In this document: piece after piece, positions 14,882 through 31,612 of the stretch
Layout: each line of letters starts with the position of its first letter
Position numbering within the stretch: position 1 is the first letter of the stretch
NCBI GenBank assembly: GCA_040954595.2
Contig: CM082589.2
Coordinates: 3,176,213-3,240,212, forward strand
From: Balanoglossus misakiensis
Taxonomy: Eukaryota; Animalia; Hemichordata
Direction of reading: 5' to 3'
DNA length: 64,000 bases
Program-made: the position numbers and the translations under genes
Notes under the pieces: generated by a model
What the model saw: the letters and a program-made list of their open reading frames with translations, nothing else
Database searches by the model: none
Told to the model about the DNA's origin: nothing

Positions 14882-17800
14882 ATGAAACATTCTCTGAATC
14901 TATTCCGATGCATTCTCACTACTGTCGTCTTTACAACTTTTCTACATATGACGAATGCAGGTACGTATATAACCTTATTGGGTGATAGTTTGTTTGTTTA
15001 TACAATGTTAGTCTTTCCCAAAGGATGATAAATAATTTCTGGCTGAGTACCGATAGAAATCAATGTCGTCACCTTCATTGTTATTTTTTGCTGTTTTCCA
15101 GGCTGTAATCCAGAAAATCAATTTGAGTGTGACAATGGTTCATGCATAATGTTCTATATGCGGTGTGACGGAACACGAAACTGTCCTAACAGCGAAGACG
15201 AGGAAGGATGTGGTAGGTTGAAATAAAGACGTAACAACATTTACATTCTCATTAACATTTCCATTGTTCAATTTTCACACCCAACCCTTCTTTTGTTTTC
15301 TGGTGCACCTGGTCCTGCACATATTTCCTACTTTGAATACCCCATGATTCTCTGTTTCTCCGTTCATTCCACGTGTGCATCTGATGAAGGGGACTACATG
15401 TCCCCGAAAGCTCATGCTGTAGTTTCAACTCGTTGATCACAGAGTGCTACATAACTTTAATTTATATCGTAACATGACAGTGGATAAACACTTCGCACGA
15501 GGGTTCCACTGCAGCGTGGAAAAGAAAAAATGAAGGTAGCTCGCTCAGTAATCGCACCAGTACCTAGTTTCAAGAAATCTCCTTTGTCGTGGGTTTTACA
15601 ATTTTAATCTAATCCTTTTGAAGTGACGCTTGGATTTTTTTATATTGCAGACAGTGTGACTTGTCCAGACGGCTTTCCATTCCAGTGTTCGAACGGCAGA
15701 TGTATCCCACAAAGCTGGGTGTGTGACCTTTCGTTCAGTCAGGATTGCTTGGATGGGTCAGATCAGATGAACTGTCCGTGTAAGTCAAGACACCTAGATA
15801 TTACATGATTACATATGGGACACGTGATATCACGTTTTCTGGCAAGGTTCAACGTTAAACGCAATGATTTCATATTCATTTGTCGCCAGAAATGTGGTTG
15901 TTACAAATTATATGCATCATGCAAAAAAATCTCAAATGTGTGACTCCATTATGTGATTTTCTTTTTGCGACCTCTGACCTCTAGTTCAGTGCAGTGGCCA
16001 GCACTTCTTTCAGTGTGACGACACGGTGTGCGTTTTGGAAATGCAAAGGTGTGATGGCATATCCAACTGTCCGGACGGAAGCGACGAAGTTGGCTGTCGT
16101 AAGTTATTCTTTTTATCGTTAAATTGTCGAATTTTCACGACCGTAAGTTTATCACCAATGGTACGTTTGGGACTGTGCTTTGGGCGATTTCTTAGTGGCG
16201 GCGTACATTCACGATTAAAGTTCCAACTGAATATGTTGTCCACTTCACCAAGAGATGACATCATGAAATGTCAACTTGGGAGTTCTTGGTGAAGTACTAA
16301 TGTAGATGGTGCTTCTAAATTGTCAATTCGCTTCTTCAAGTGCCAACTACGGGTTATCTCTTGAAATTCAGATACGGGATCACAAGAGTGCAACAGAAGA
16401 CAATTCACTTGTGACTCTGGTGCCTGTATACCGAAGAGGAGGGTGTGTGACCAGGATCCCGACTGTCCCGATCAAGAAGACGAAGAGGACTGCCCTGGCG
16501 ACCGTAAAGTGTTGACCTCATGTTTTGTTTACATTTAAATTTCACTGGTTTTAATACACGTGGACAGCAGCTGTACTGTGTATAACAATAGTCTGTTGTT
16601 GTGTTGCCAAAGCATGCATTGTCTGCATGGCTTCACAGTCAGTCTGTGCGTTTACAGCAGGTGCTGTCGTTTGTTTGGGTTTTAGTCAGACCAGCTGCAA
16701 CAGTAAAGTTCCTTTGCCAGCAACAACAGTTCACCACATTGCAATTACTCAATGTGACAGTTTACAGGACACGTGCAAGTTTTGATATCGAGTGATAATT
16801 GGCTAAATTTGGTTCCCTCATAGTATGGTTAATTCAAGCGAATATTCTCTCTCTTGTAACAATGTATTTTACAGGTCTTTGCGATGAATTCTCATTCCGT
16901 TGCGATAACGGTGTATGTATTTTCAAGTATCAAACATGCAACGGATATAACGATTGCAAAAATGGCGAAGACGAAAGCAATGAACTTTGCAGTAAGAATT
17001 TACATTTTTTTTCAACTTGATATACTCTGGGGGAAGCTATTGAACCTCTGCCCGCAATTGTTTGGAGATGAATATACTTATTAACATGTAATCTGCATTG
17101 AGACCGCTTTCATAGTTACGTCATGGAAGTAACGATTTTTCACACTTTTTGTTTGCAACATCTTACAACATAGGTGTGGAACCTTTCCTCACAGACCCCC
17201 CGAAATGCTTCGTGTGTGACTCCTGGACCAAAGCGACGAAGTCATGTGGTAGACATGTTGAGCATTGCGAACAAGCGGCAAGTATTTGACCACACCCTCT
17301 ATCACAGCGCATGCACGCAAACATATCTTCTGATTGAATGTGCGCCCTCAACGTTTCATGTTTCATCAAAGCCGTCGACTCGAGTGATTTCGCCACCACT
17401 GGCTTTATGTGCGCGCCTTGTTTTGTTGAACCGTTGAAGGCGCAGTGTATACGCCACGTACAGAGGCTCGTTGCGAGGCGTGGGCTGTGAGTGAGTGTAG
17501 GATTTCGTTTACGTACATGGGTATGAACACCACACGACAGGGCTAGAATATTTTATCTGCCTATACCAATATACTTGAAGGCTGACTCGACTCTAATGGC
17601 ACTTACAAGTGCATTTAGTAAATAATGTGAATGGGTGCATTCAGAAATGAAAGCACCGTAAATAGCTACGTTCAAAGATCCGCAGTAGATCCAGTACTAT
17701 GACACAGACATTGACAGTAGAACGACGTACTGTCTATGGTTGTAACGCCAATGTTATTTATATCTCCATGAATAGAGCGATCAGTGCGCCACTACATACA

Positions 17801-18220
17801 CGCTGAACAAAAGAGGTAAAGCAGTGTACACTTCCGGATGTGTGTCCGAAGATGTAAGTATGACGCAACTTCCGTCTTTTCCACACAGACACATGCATGT
17901 AAATGAATCTGCAACTGGCAAACAGTGGTTAACACAGTATTTCTTGGGCGTGTCCTTCAATAGTTTCCATGCCCGGTTTAATATGTAAGGCATGAGGCAA
18001 GAATTAAAAATAAATTCCGACCTACGTATCCTATTTTTGCGTGTTACAGGAAGTACAATTTGTTCTTTTTTTCGCCTTATCTTAGTACTGCATTAATGCT
18101 CACGAGGGGAAAAGAAAATGTGATCTCAGCGAGCAGGATGAATGTATCTTCTGTTGCGACGAAGACAAGTGCAACAAGTTCAACCGAAGACCTAAAATTA
18201 CCACTGGTATGTACACATAG
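14882..18220 (+). CDS. Secreted protein: signal peptide + 5 LDLa repeats + 1 three-finger domain (unit B, paralog of A)
   Basis: Exons 14882-14960 ([26 protein letters not shown]); LDLa 15102-15212, 15651-15779, 15985-16098, 16372-16503, 16875-16991; LU 17174-17277 (GC donor), 17776-17853, 18086-18206 (..[11 protein letters not shown]). Each exon matches the corresponding exon of unit A, and the LU matches A's LU2. It ends at read-through TAG 18218-18220 or via donor G|GTATGT at 18206/18207. Confidence 0.87.
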
Positions 18221-18959
18221 ATATTCCATCTTAATACTGTTGGGTGGTAGTGTGTATACGGTGTGTGCCACTAACTTTCAGGTAGTACATGTATCTTCAA
18301 TTCAGTACATGTATCTTCAATTCCAATAGGCTGTTAACCCCCAAATTTCTGATGGATGTTTCGTTAATAGCCACACACGAACAAATAGTACAAGGTAAAA
18401 TATGGTCGTATTCTTCTTTTATTCAGGCCGGTAAAAATAGGGGATGCAGGTAGCTGAACCCGGCGCATATGGAAAATATATTTGGCATTTAAAATGTCTG
18501 CATTATTCAGGATTTTCGGGGAATACTTTATACAAGTTTTTTGACTGGTGAATTTGTCTGGGATTCTTATGATTGTTTTTTTCACAATATTCTGACGAAT
18601 AAACTTGAGGATCTAAGTTGAGTAAATTGTGTAAATTTAAGATATACAATGTGACAACATGTACCCACATGCATGCCAATAGTCACCTCTAGCTCTGTGG
18701 GAAAACTTTACTTTTGATAATCCTCCGCCTTTACATCTTCCCGTAAACGAAGCAACCCTTTCTGTAATTACTTTCACAAGTTTAAAACAAAATCTTACCA
18801 GAACTGTACAAAAACCACAAACAACATATAAATTGACTTATATTTATAAAAGCAAGGTGAACAGTCCTTATAAAATTTCGTGCTTCTTTTTCTCCCTAAT
18901 TAAGCAAGGTTATATGTAAAAATACCAAGGTTATGTACACGTGTTCAATTACGGCTATA

Positions 18960-19066
18960 CACATGCGCGGCTAATTATTCAGTAGTATAAATTGAAGAGC
19001 AGCATTAATTCCAGCACAACATTATTCTGCTCCAGTTGAACACAGTCACTTGACTCTCAGGTAAGT
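18960..19066 (+). promoter_or_regulatory. Putative promoter and non-coding first exon of unit C
   Basis: CACATGCGCG 18960-18969, TAATT, TATAAA 18986-18991, donor CAG|GTAAGT at 19060/19061. Confidence 0.55.
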
Positions 19067-20128
19067 CCGTTTCGGTTGCTTCTTATAAGAGATTCAACAA
19101 CTTTGGAACCAGATATTTTCTAGTATAAGATAGTGTCTTTCTGGCATTGCTTTTTCTACTCCATCAAGCATATCCTATTCTACCTGGAAATGCATGAGAA
19201 TATGTTGATCTGGTTTTGTGTACATGTACTTTGTATTACTATAATCCCATATAAAAGAGGCTCAGTGTGATCAGACGTCTATTAAGGATTTAAAAGAAGT
19301 TTCTTCTGCATTGCATGCCTGGTTTATGGCTTTCAACAATGGTATTTCAAAAATCCCCGTAAAATTTCACTGGAAGACACGTTGGACACGCCGTGGACAG
19401 TAGAGACTTCAACTGTCTCTGAACACATCCTAAAGCAAAAAAAACTACTGCTGCTGTTTTATGTTAGTTAGGGTAGGGTGAGCGAAGACAAACTGCGATA
19501 GGCCATCTGCGTTTGAGATTGTTTGTGAGTGCTTGAAAAAATAAGTTTGGCCAATGCTAAACGCAGCCTGTCTCTACATGCATTCGTTGTTTAAAATTGT
19601 TAGATCAGGTCTTTGGATTTGCATTACAATATTTCACAATGAATAGTCTTCACGCAAATGGTCGATGTATGCAAACGATTTTTCTTTATAACTATTACGT
19701 ACACCGCAAATGTTAACACAGAACACTTGTTGTACATTAAAAACTTCAATATTAACATATTTAATTAGTTACAGAATATCACCTTGAGTGGACAATGCAT
19801 CTAATTGCAGTACATGCATATATTATGCCAAACAATTGACATTTCAATACTGAATATCCCCCAAATAAAAGCTATATAGCCAATTGACGTAGCAGCTGTT
19901 AATTAACAAACATTGTTCCACTCAGCTGATCACAAGAATCGTCCTCCATTGAACACCTGTTACAAGACACACACAAAAACGACCCTGTATTCAGCAAATG
20001 GACGAAATTTACATGCATGGGCTCTAAAGCTGCGCAACTGCAGACTGAGCTAACATATACATGTACAAAGTTAATTCATTGTTTGTCTCTATACAGAATT
20101 GGATCGATTAATCATAATTTCTAACAAG

Positions 20129-21005
20129 ATGAAGTACCTTGTGCAGTATATCCTTGTCACCGTCCTCGTCATTGCTTTCACCCAAGTGAACGACGTACAA
20201 GCCGCAGGTGAGACATGTATAGTTAGAAATTTGCAATGAAGGCCGATATGTTGTATTTTTATAATTATAGGCCTACATGTCTTTATGTGTAGGCGAACAT
20301 ATTTACTATTACCACAGCTCCAAGAATCTTCACTCTGAACCACATTCCCATTTTGCTAACTATCTAAAGGCACTTAAAATATAACAACTTTTTGTTCTTG
20401 CATATGTAGCTTGTAGAGCATACGAGTATGGTTGCAGCGATAATGAATGTATCCCCGAAAGTTACGTATGCGATCAGATTGCAGACTGTCCACATCATGA
20501 AGATGAAGACAACTGCCCGGGTCGACGTGAGTCTTCAACTGTTGTTATGATGTGGTTTGATGTGACGCGAAGTGACGTGATAGCATATATATGAATTTTG
20601 ATGTGATTACATTGTGTGTGTTCTCTGTAATGTTTTTGTGATCTTCTGTTTCCTATTGAAATATTCTCATCGCCAAGCCTCTCCGTCTCTTTGTGTAAGT
20701 GATGCATTTGCAGGTTGATGACAATTTTGCGGTGTCTGGCTGTTTTTGTTGTAGGTCTCTGCGAAGGTCTTTACAGGTGTGACAATGGAGTTTGCATCAT
20801 TCCCAGTCAAGTTTGCGACAATCATTCAGATTGTTCCAAGGGTGAAGACGAAACTGACTGCGGTAAGTAGCGCTTAATTGACAGTATGGTTGGTTTCCAA
20901 TAACAGTTCGACAGTCTCTGTGTATTATTTGATGTTGACATTTTAATTCGACAAATACGCATAACTACATAATTTTATACATAATTGCTTGATTTTTCAG
21001 ATTAA
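20129..21005 (+). CDS. Small secreted protein: signal peptide + 2 LDLa repeats (unit C, ~102 aa)
   Basis: Exons 20129-20207 (MKYLVQYILVTVLVIAFTQVNDVQAA), 20410-20526 (CRAYEYGCSDNECIPESYVCDQIADCPHHEDEDNCPG), 20755-20862 ([35 protein letters not shown]), and a terminal exon from 21001 (D, then TAA 21003-21005). The repeats resemble LDLa4 and LDLa5 of units A and B. Confidence 0.82.
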
Positions 21006-22053
21006 TGAATTGACGGAAGAACGAAGCGACCGAATGACGTTTGTTCACTGGCGGTCTGGTACACATCAGCCTTGGCGTTCTTCCCTTATGACTTTAAATC
21101 GTGTTCAATCACTTGATTAATAATATATGAAATAAAGTACACGATAAAACAATGTGTCGTTGCAGTTTGTAATGAGTCTGTGTAACTGCCCCTCCTGGAA
21201 CCCGGTTAAATGGATTGTCAGTAAGGGCGGCTGATCTATTTGTCAAAAGAGATTTATGTAAACTGAAGAACGCAACAGCTGCAGGGTTAAAGGGGGTCCT
21301 GAAAATTGTTTTTATCGTGGCGTTTAAAACATTAATATCATCTTTAGTAGTCTTAATGCACCACTTAGCAAAATACAATATAAGGGGTCAGTTTCAACGT
21401 TTTGGTAGATGTTTGCGTCAGATGGAGTTAGCATGTCCACACAATATATAGCCAGATAAGAGGATGATTTATTGACCGTTTCATTAATGGTGGCGCCATC
21501 ACTATTTTACAGGCACACCCAGATTAATGCATAATGCAATTGGGTAATTTACAATGCACATACATCTGATGTTTATGCTTAAAGCTTATCTGTAAATTAT
21601 GGCGTTAATTCTTTATTTCATACTTTTGCTTTGGGCCGATGCTGTCATAATAATCCATGCTTGAGGTTTTGTTTGCCATTGTTTCTGTTGGTGCCAACTG
21701 GTGGCAAACCTCTTTATAAACAATACGTGTCCGTATTAGCCTTGATCTTTCACTCCATGATCGCTAATTTGTTCATATGTCATAGTCAAATGGAAGAGGG
21801 TTTATTAACGTGGTTGTGATCGTCCATTGTTGATTGCAATCATTAGTGAAGTTCCTACAGTTATTTTTTGTTTTATTATAGAAACTGCCAAACTATGGTT
21901 CTTGAATCAGTTGAGAATCACGTGCACAGATACTTCCGTTGTCAGTAGTGTTAATTCCTTCACAAGATTTTCCTACTATAGTTAGGTAACCTCCTCGCGA
22001 TTGGACAGGATATCCATTAAATCTGTCCATTATTTGGACCCAATCTGATTATT

Positions 22054-22155
22054 GCACATGCGCACAATAATTACCTATTTAAATACGATGACACTTGTTT
22101 ACGATTCACATTCGATGAGTTGGTAGAGTTGGCCGACACAACCTACAAGGTAAGT
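22054..22155 (+). promoter_or_regulatory. Putative promoter and non-coding first exon of unit D
   Basis: GCACATGCGC 22054-22063, TAATT, TATTTAAA 22076-22083, donor AAG|GTAAGT at 22149/22150. Confidence 0.5.
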
Positions 22156-23395
22156 TTGTCCATGTGATCACAACAATTTTTATCGAAATGTTTCCTCATC
22201 AGAGATTTAAAGAAACAGTCACACACTAGCAGTTGTATTGAATCCACAATATATCCTTAGCTTTTTACTCCTACGTTAACACTTTTTTTTCATTGTCAAC
22301 AAGTTGTCGCCCCCCAAAGACCGTAAAAATGACCTATTCGAACGCTTGTTTGAACACGAAAGTGCAAATGAAAACCAAAACATAAAAGTGGTCACTGTGA
22401 TGAAGTTTCTTATTTGTTTTGTTTCGTGGCCAGGTGCACCTATGTTGATTTCTTTATTTAACATATTAGCGTGACCAGGTGTTAGTTTTAGTCGTGTAAA
22501 AGCCACCCAGTGCCACGTTGTCGGGTGGCTCATTTTGATTCTGGTCTGGTAGCTGTGCCGTCGCCTTGTCGAGGAGTTTTTGGAGCCCACCGTACGGAGT
22601 TTGCCTGTCTACTGTGGTAACTGAGGATTGACACTGCCGAAGGGACTTGTGAAGTCGTGGTGGATGTTTTCGAATACGCCGCGCGTGGAATTTGGGAGCC
22701 GTCCTGAGGGAGCGCGTCTCCGTGTCACTGTGGAACTGCATTTGAGGTAATCCGTGGCTGTCTGTGGACTACACGGTGGATATGCAGTTTGAGGAACGCA
22801 GTCATGTAACTCGCATATAAGCTTATTTGCTACAAGCTTATACCTATTAAACCCCCTCGTATAATACATGTCTACTTTGTGGCCATAATTCGACGCCTGG
22901 AAAGGGATTTGATTAATTTTTAATTCACCAATATAAAATGAAATAGATTGTAGTTCCATCTGTTGCCATTTGATAAATCCATATCGTGTTCACCCAATCA
23001 TCTTTGACACACCTGGTTGACCTTAACATGAATAGCGTATCGCTCGTCTATTTTCATGGATTACATTGATTACATGCAAAGGTACCCTGTAAACGTACAA
23101 ATAGGCACATTGCTGGCTTTCTCAATTTATACCAAACATAAACGAGGTTTGGATTAATTTTGTAAACGAGAACGTAAAATCAGATTTCACGTGAATGCTG
23201 GTGTTTACACTTGCGCCATATTTGTAAGTTCATGTAGTTCTTGGTGTCAAAGTTGAGGTCATAGCCTCACTTTGTCCTGTTACGTCACTTCCACTGTTTG
23301 TAACCTGGAATATTTAAATGACAAAAGTTGTGGAATTCTGGATTTTTCATAGTTATATTGTCTGTGGCGTTTAGAAGAACTATTATACAAACAGA

Positions 23396-24526
23396 ATGGA
23401 TTATCAACGTGGTTTATGGCAACGCGTGCTGATAGTTATCGTTGGTATGAACCTACTCCGAGTGACTCATGGTGGCATAGGCCCAAGAGATACCGGTAAT
23501 GTACTTTCCCGTTATCAGTTCAAAAATATAATTTGGTTTAGCCTGGGGTAATATTATCAATATTTAGCAGGAGTGATGTGGTGGTTACAGGTAGTCTTGG
23601 CCAATTTGGCCGATTTTCTTTGTTTTTGTGCATAGACACCATCCTGTCCATTCCATTTCCATGGAAAACTGCAAACAGTGTATAATGCGTAATTATACTT
23701 TGCTGGAAACTACTAATTAATGTCATACACGCCTGACTTATCTATTTATTCCTCTGTCCTTTAGATCGTCTTTGCTTTGAATGTAGTCTTAATGCTTGGT
23801 ATGACTTGTGTGATATGTGCCATCCTGATGGTTATCAGTATCCCAATTATTGCGAGGAAGGCGTAGGTCACATTGATTTATTTGTTTATTATTTATTTAT
23901 TGTCACAGTTGCCTCAGATATAAATTTTTAATAATCGGGAAGATGTGGAAAGTGAGGACTAACATGAGTCTAAGATGAACACATCAATGATGATGTAAAT
24001 GAATTAAAAGTCTGTTATACTATAATTCTTAATACATACATACTTAATACTTGAGCCCCCCCCCCCCCCCCCCCCCCCCTCTTGATTTGCTTCCTGCAGG
24101 AAATCTGTTTTCAATCTTACGAAATCCAGAATGGAGTGGTCAAATACACAGTCGGGTGCAAAGGGGAAAGCGTAAGTATACACCGTATAGCGGGCACTTC
24201 ATTTTGACATGAAAGAATTACAAAGTAAAAATAAATCTGTCAAAAAATTAACTCTATAATTGAATGTAATGCGAATGGTAACTAAACATAAACTGGCATT
24301 GGAAAATGTTATGAAAATTTTGATGAATTGTTTCTAGGAATGCAACAGTCTCGAAGATAACAATGCATCGGAATGCGACACCGATCCAGCTACCATTGGT
24401 GGCAGCGACAGCTGTACATTTTGCTGTGACGATGACTATTGCAACGGTTACACTATACACGACACCTGCGATGATTATTCTTCAAGCTACCCAAGCTATT
24501 CAAGTTCTTCAAGTTCAAGTTCTTGA
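23396..24526 (+). CDS. Secreted three-finger (Ly6/uPAR-like) protein with Ser-rich tail (unit D)
   Basis: Exons 23396-23495 (MDYQRGLWQRVLIVIVGMNLLRVTHG.., similar to A's signal peptide), 23765-23862, 24100-24171 and 24338-24526 (..CTFCCDDDYCNGYTIHDTCDDYSSSYPSYSSSSSSS*). Homologous to A's LU1 (WYD..CHP..Y.YP..CE.G; YTVGCK). AATAAA at 24718-24723. Confidence 0.85.
24056..24079. repeat. Poly-C tract (24 nt) just upstream of a splice acceptor
   Basis: Uninterrupted C run directly visible. Confidence 0.9.
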
Positions 24527-25140
24527 AGTATTTGATTGACGACACGATGATCCGCAGGTAGCGCTATATATATCAATATGGACATGATTGACCTCTGATG
24601 TTCCCGGAATTCAAACTTTACTCGAGATCTATTTTAGAAATCAGCGACCAAAGTATATAACTGGTTTCAACTATTCATTATATTTTAGAGTCTTTGTTAT
24701 GACACTTGAATCAAACGAATAAATGCTTGTTAGTATGCATACATTATGTCTCACAGATCACCTATAAGAATACCACCTCCCCTGGTCCACAACATTCTAA
24801 ATAAACGTCTGGCTGTCTGGGGCGCCCCAAATTTTCACGACCGAAGTCGTTTCGACCCGAACACCCTAGTCATTTCGGCACTTATCAGCGCAGCCCCCTA
24901 ACCCAACTAAACCTGGCTCTAGGTCCCCCAGGCACATACCCGTATTACAAGGGTAGGGAAAATACGATAAAGTGAGTGAAATATGAGCATTATTGTCAGT
25001 GAACGACGGTACGGTACTGACGCATACACAGTCGTAGGCCTATCCTATGCATGGAAAAAAACAAAAGAAGCGATTATAGCGGGCGCTGTTACAGACAATA
25101 TGCAAATCACTTTGACCGATGTTTACTTGCCCGAACCAAC

Positions 25141-31096
<5,956 letters not shown>

Positions 31097-31612
31097 TTCA
31101 TCAAGTGAAATTGTAATACCCCAAAAAACACTGTTAATCGTTAAGTAATTGAAGAGACATACAAGAACTCACGGCTGACTAGGATGATTGTACATGTGTA
31201 AATAGAAGTTTGGTTATGAAAGCTGTTGATGTATTCTGAATATCCCTGTAGTGTGATATCTGCCCTGAGCAAAGTCCTTGTCATTTATTAGTTTGTGATA
31301 AGTTGGCTTTTTGATTCAAAAGGAATGACGAACTTTTGTTGTTTTAAATATTTACCGTGTTACATTTAACATGTATATGTTTGTACATATTAATAAAAAT
31401 GATATGAGGATACACCGTTATCTTTTTGTCGTTTGTCATGTCTTTACCAAGCAAGGCCCATAGTCTCGTAGTGTGCGAATTGTTTGGATGTGTGTGATTC
31501 ATGCATTACATAGACAGACACGGAACAAAATTTTCTGAAATGTATTTATTTTGATATAATGAAGCCCTTAGACATGGAGCAAGTCTAAGTGAAAATATAT
31601 GGAAGGTAGTAA

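Noticed and set aside
18284-18323. 20-bp direct repeat agtacatgtatcttcaattc x2
   Set aside because: Simple local slippage duplication in non-coding DNA with no evidence of function.
8388-20862. Interpretation as a fragment of an LRP/LDLR/megalin receptor gene
   Set aside because: No EGF or YWTD exons and no confident transmembrane exon; three separate signal-peptide exons and interspersed three-finger cassettes indicate small secreted paralogs.
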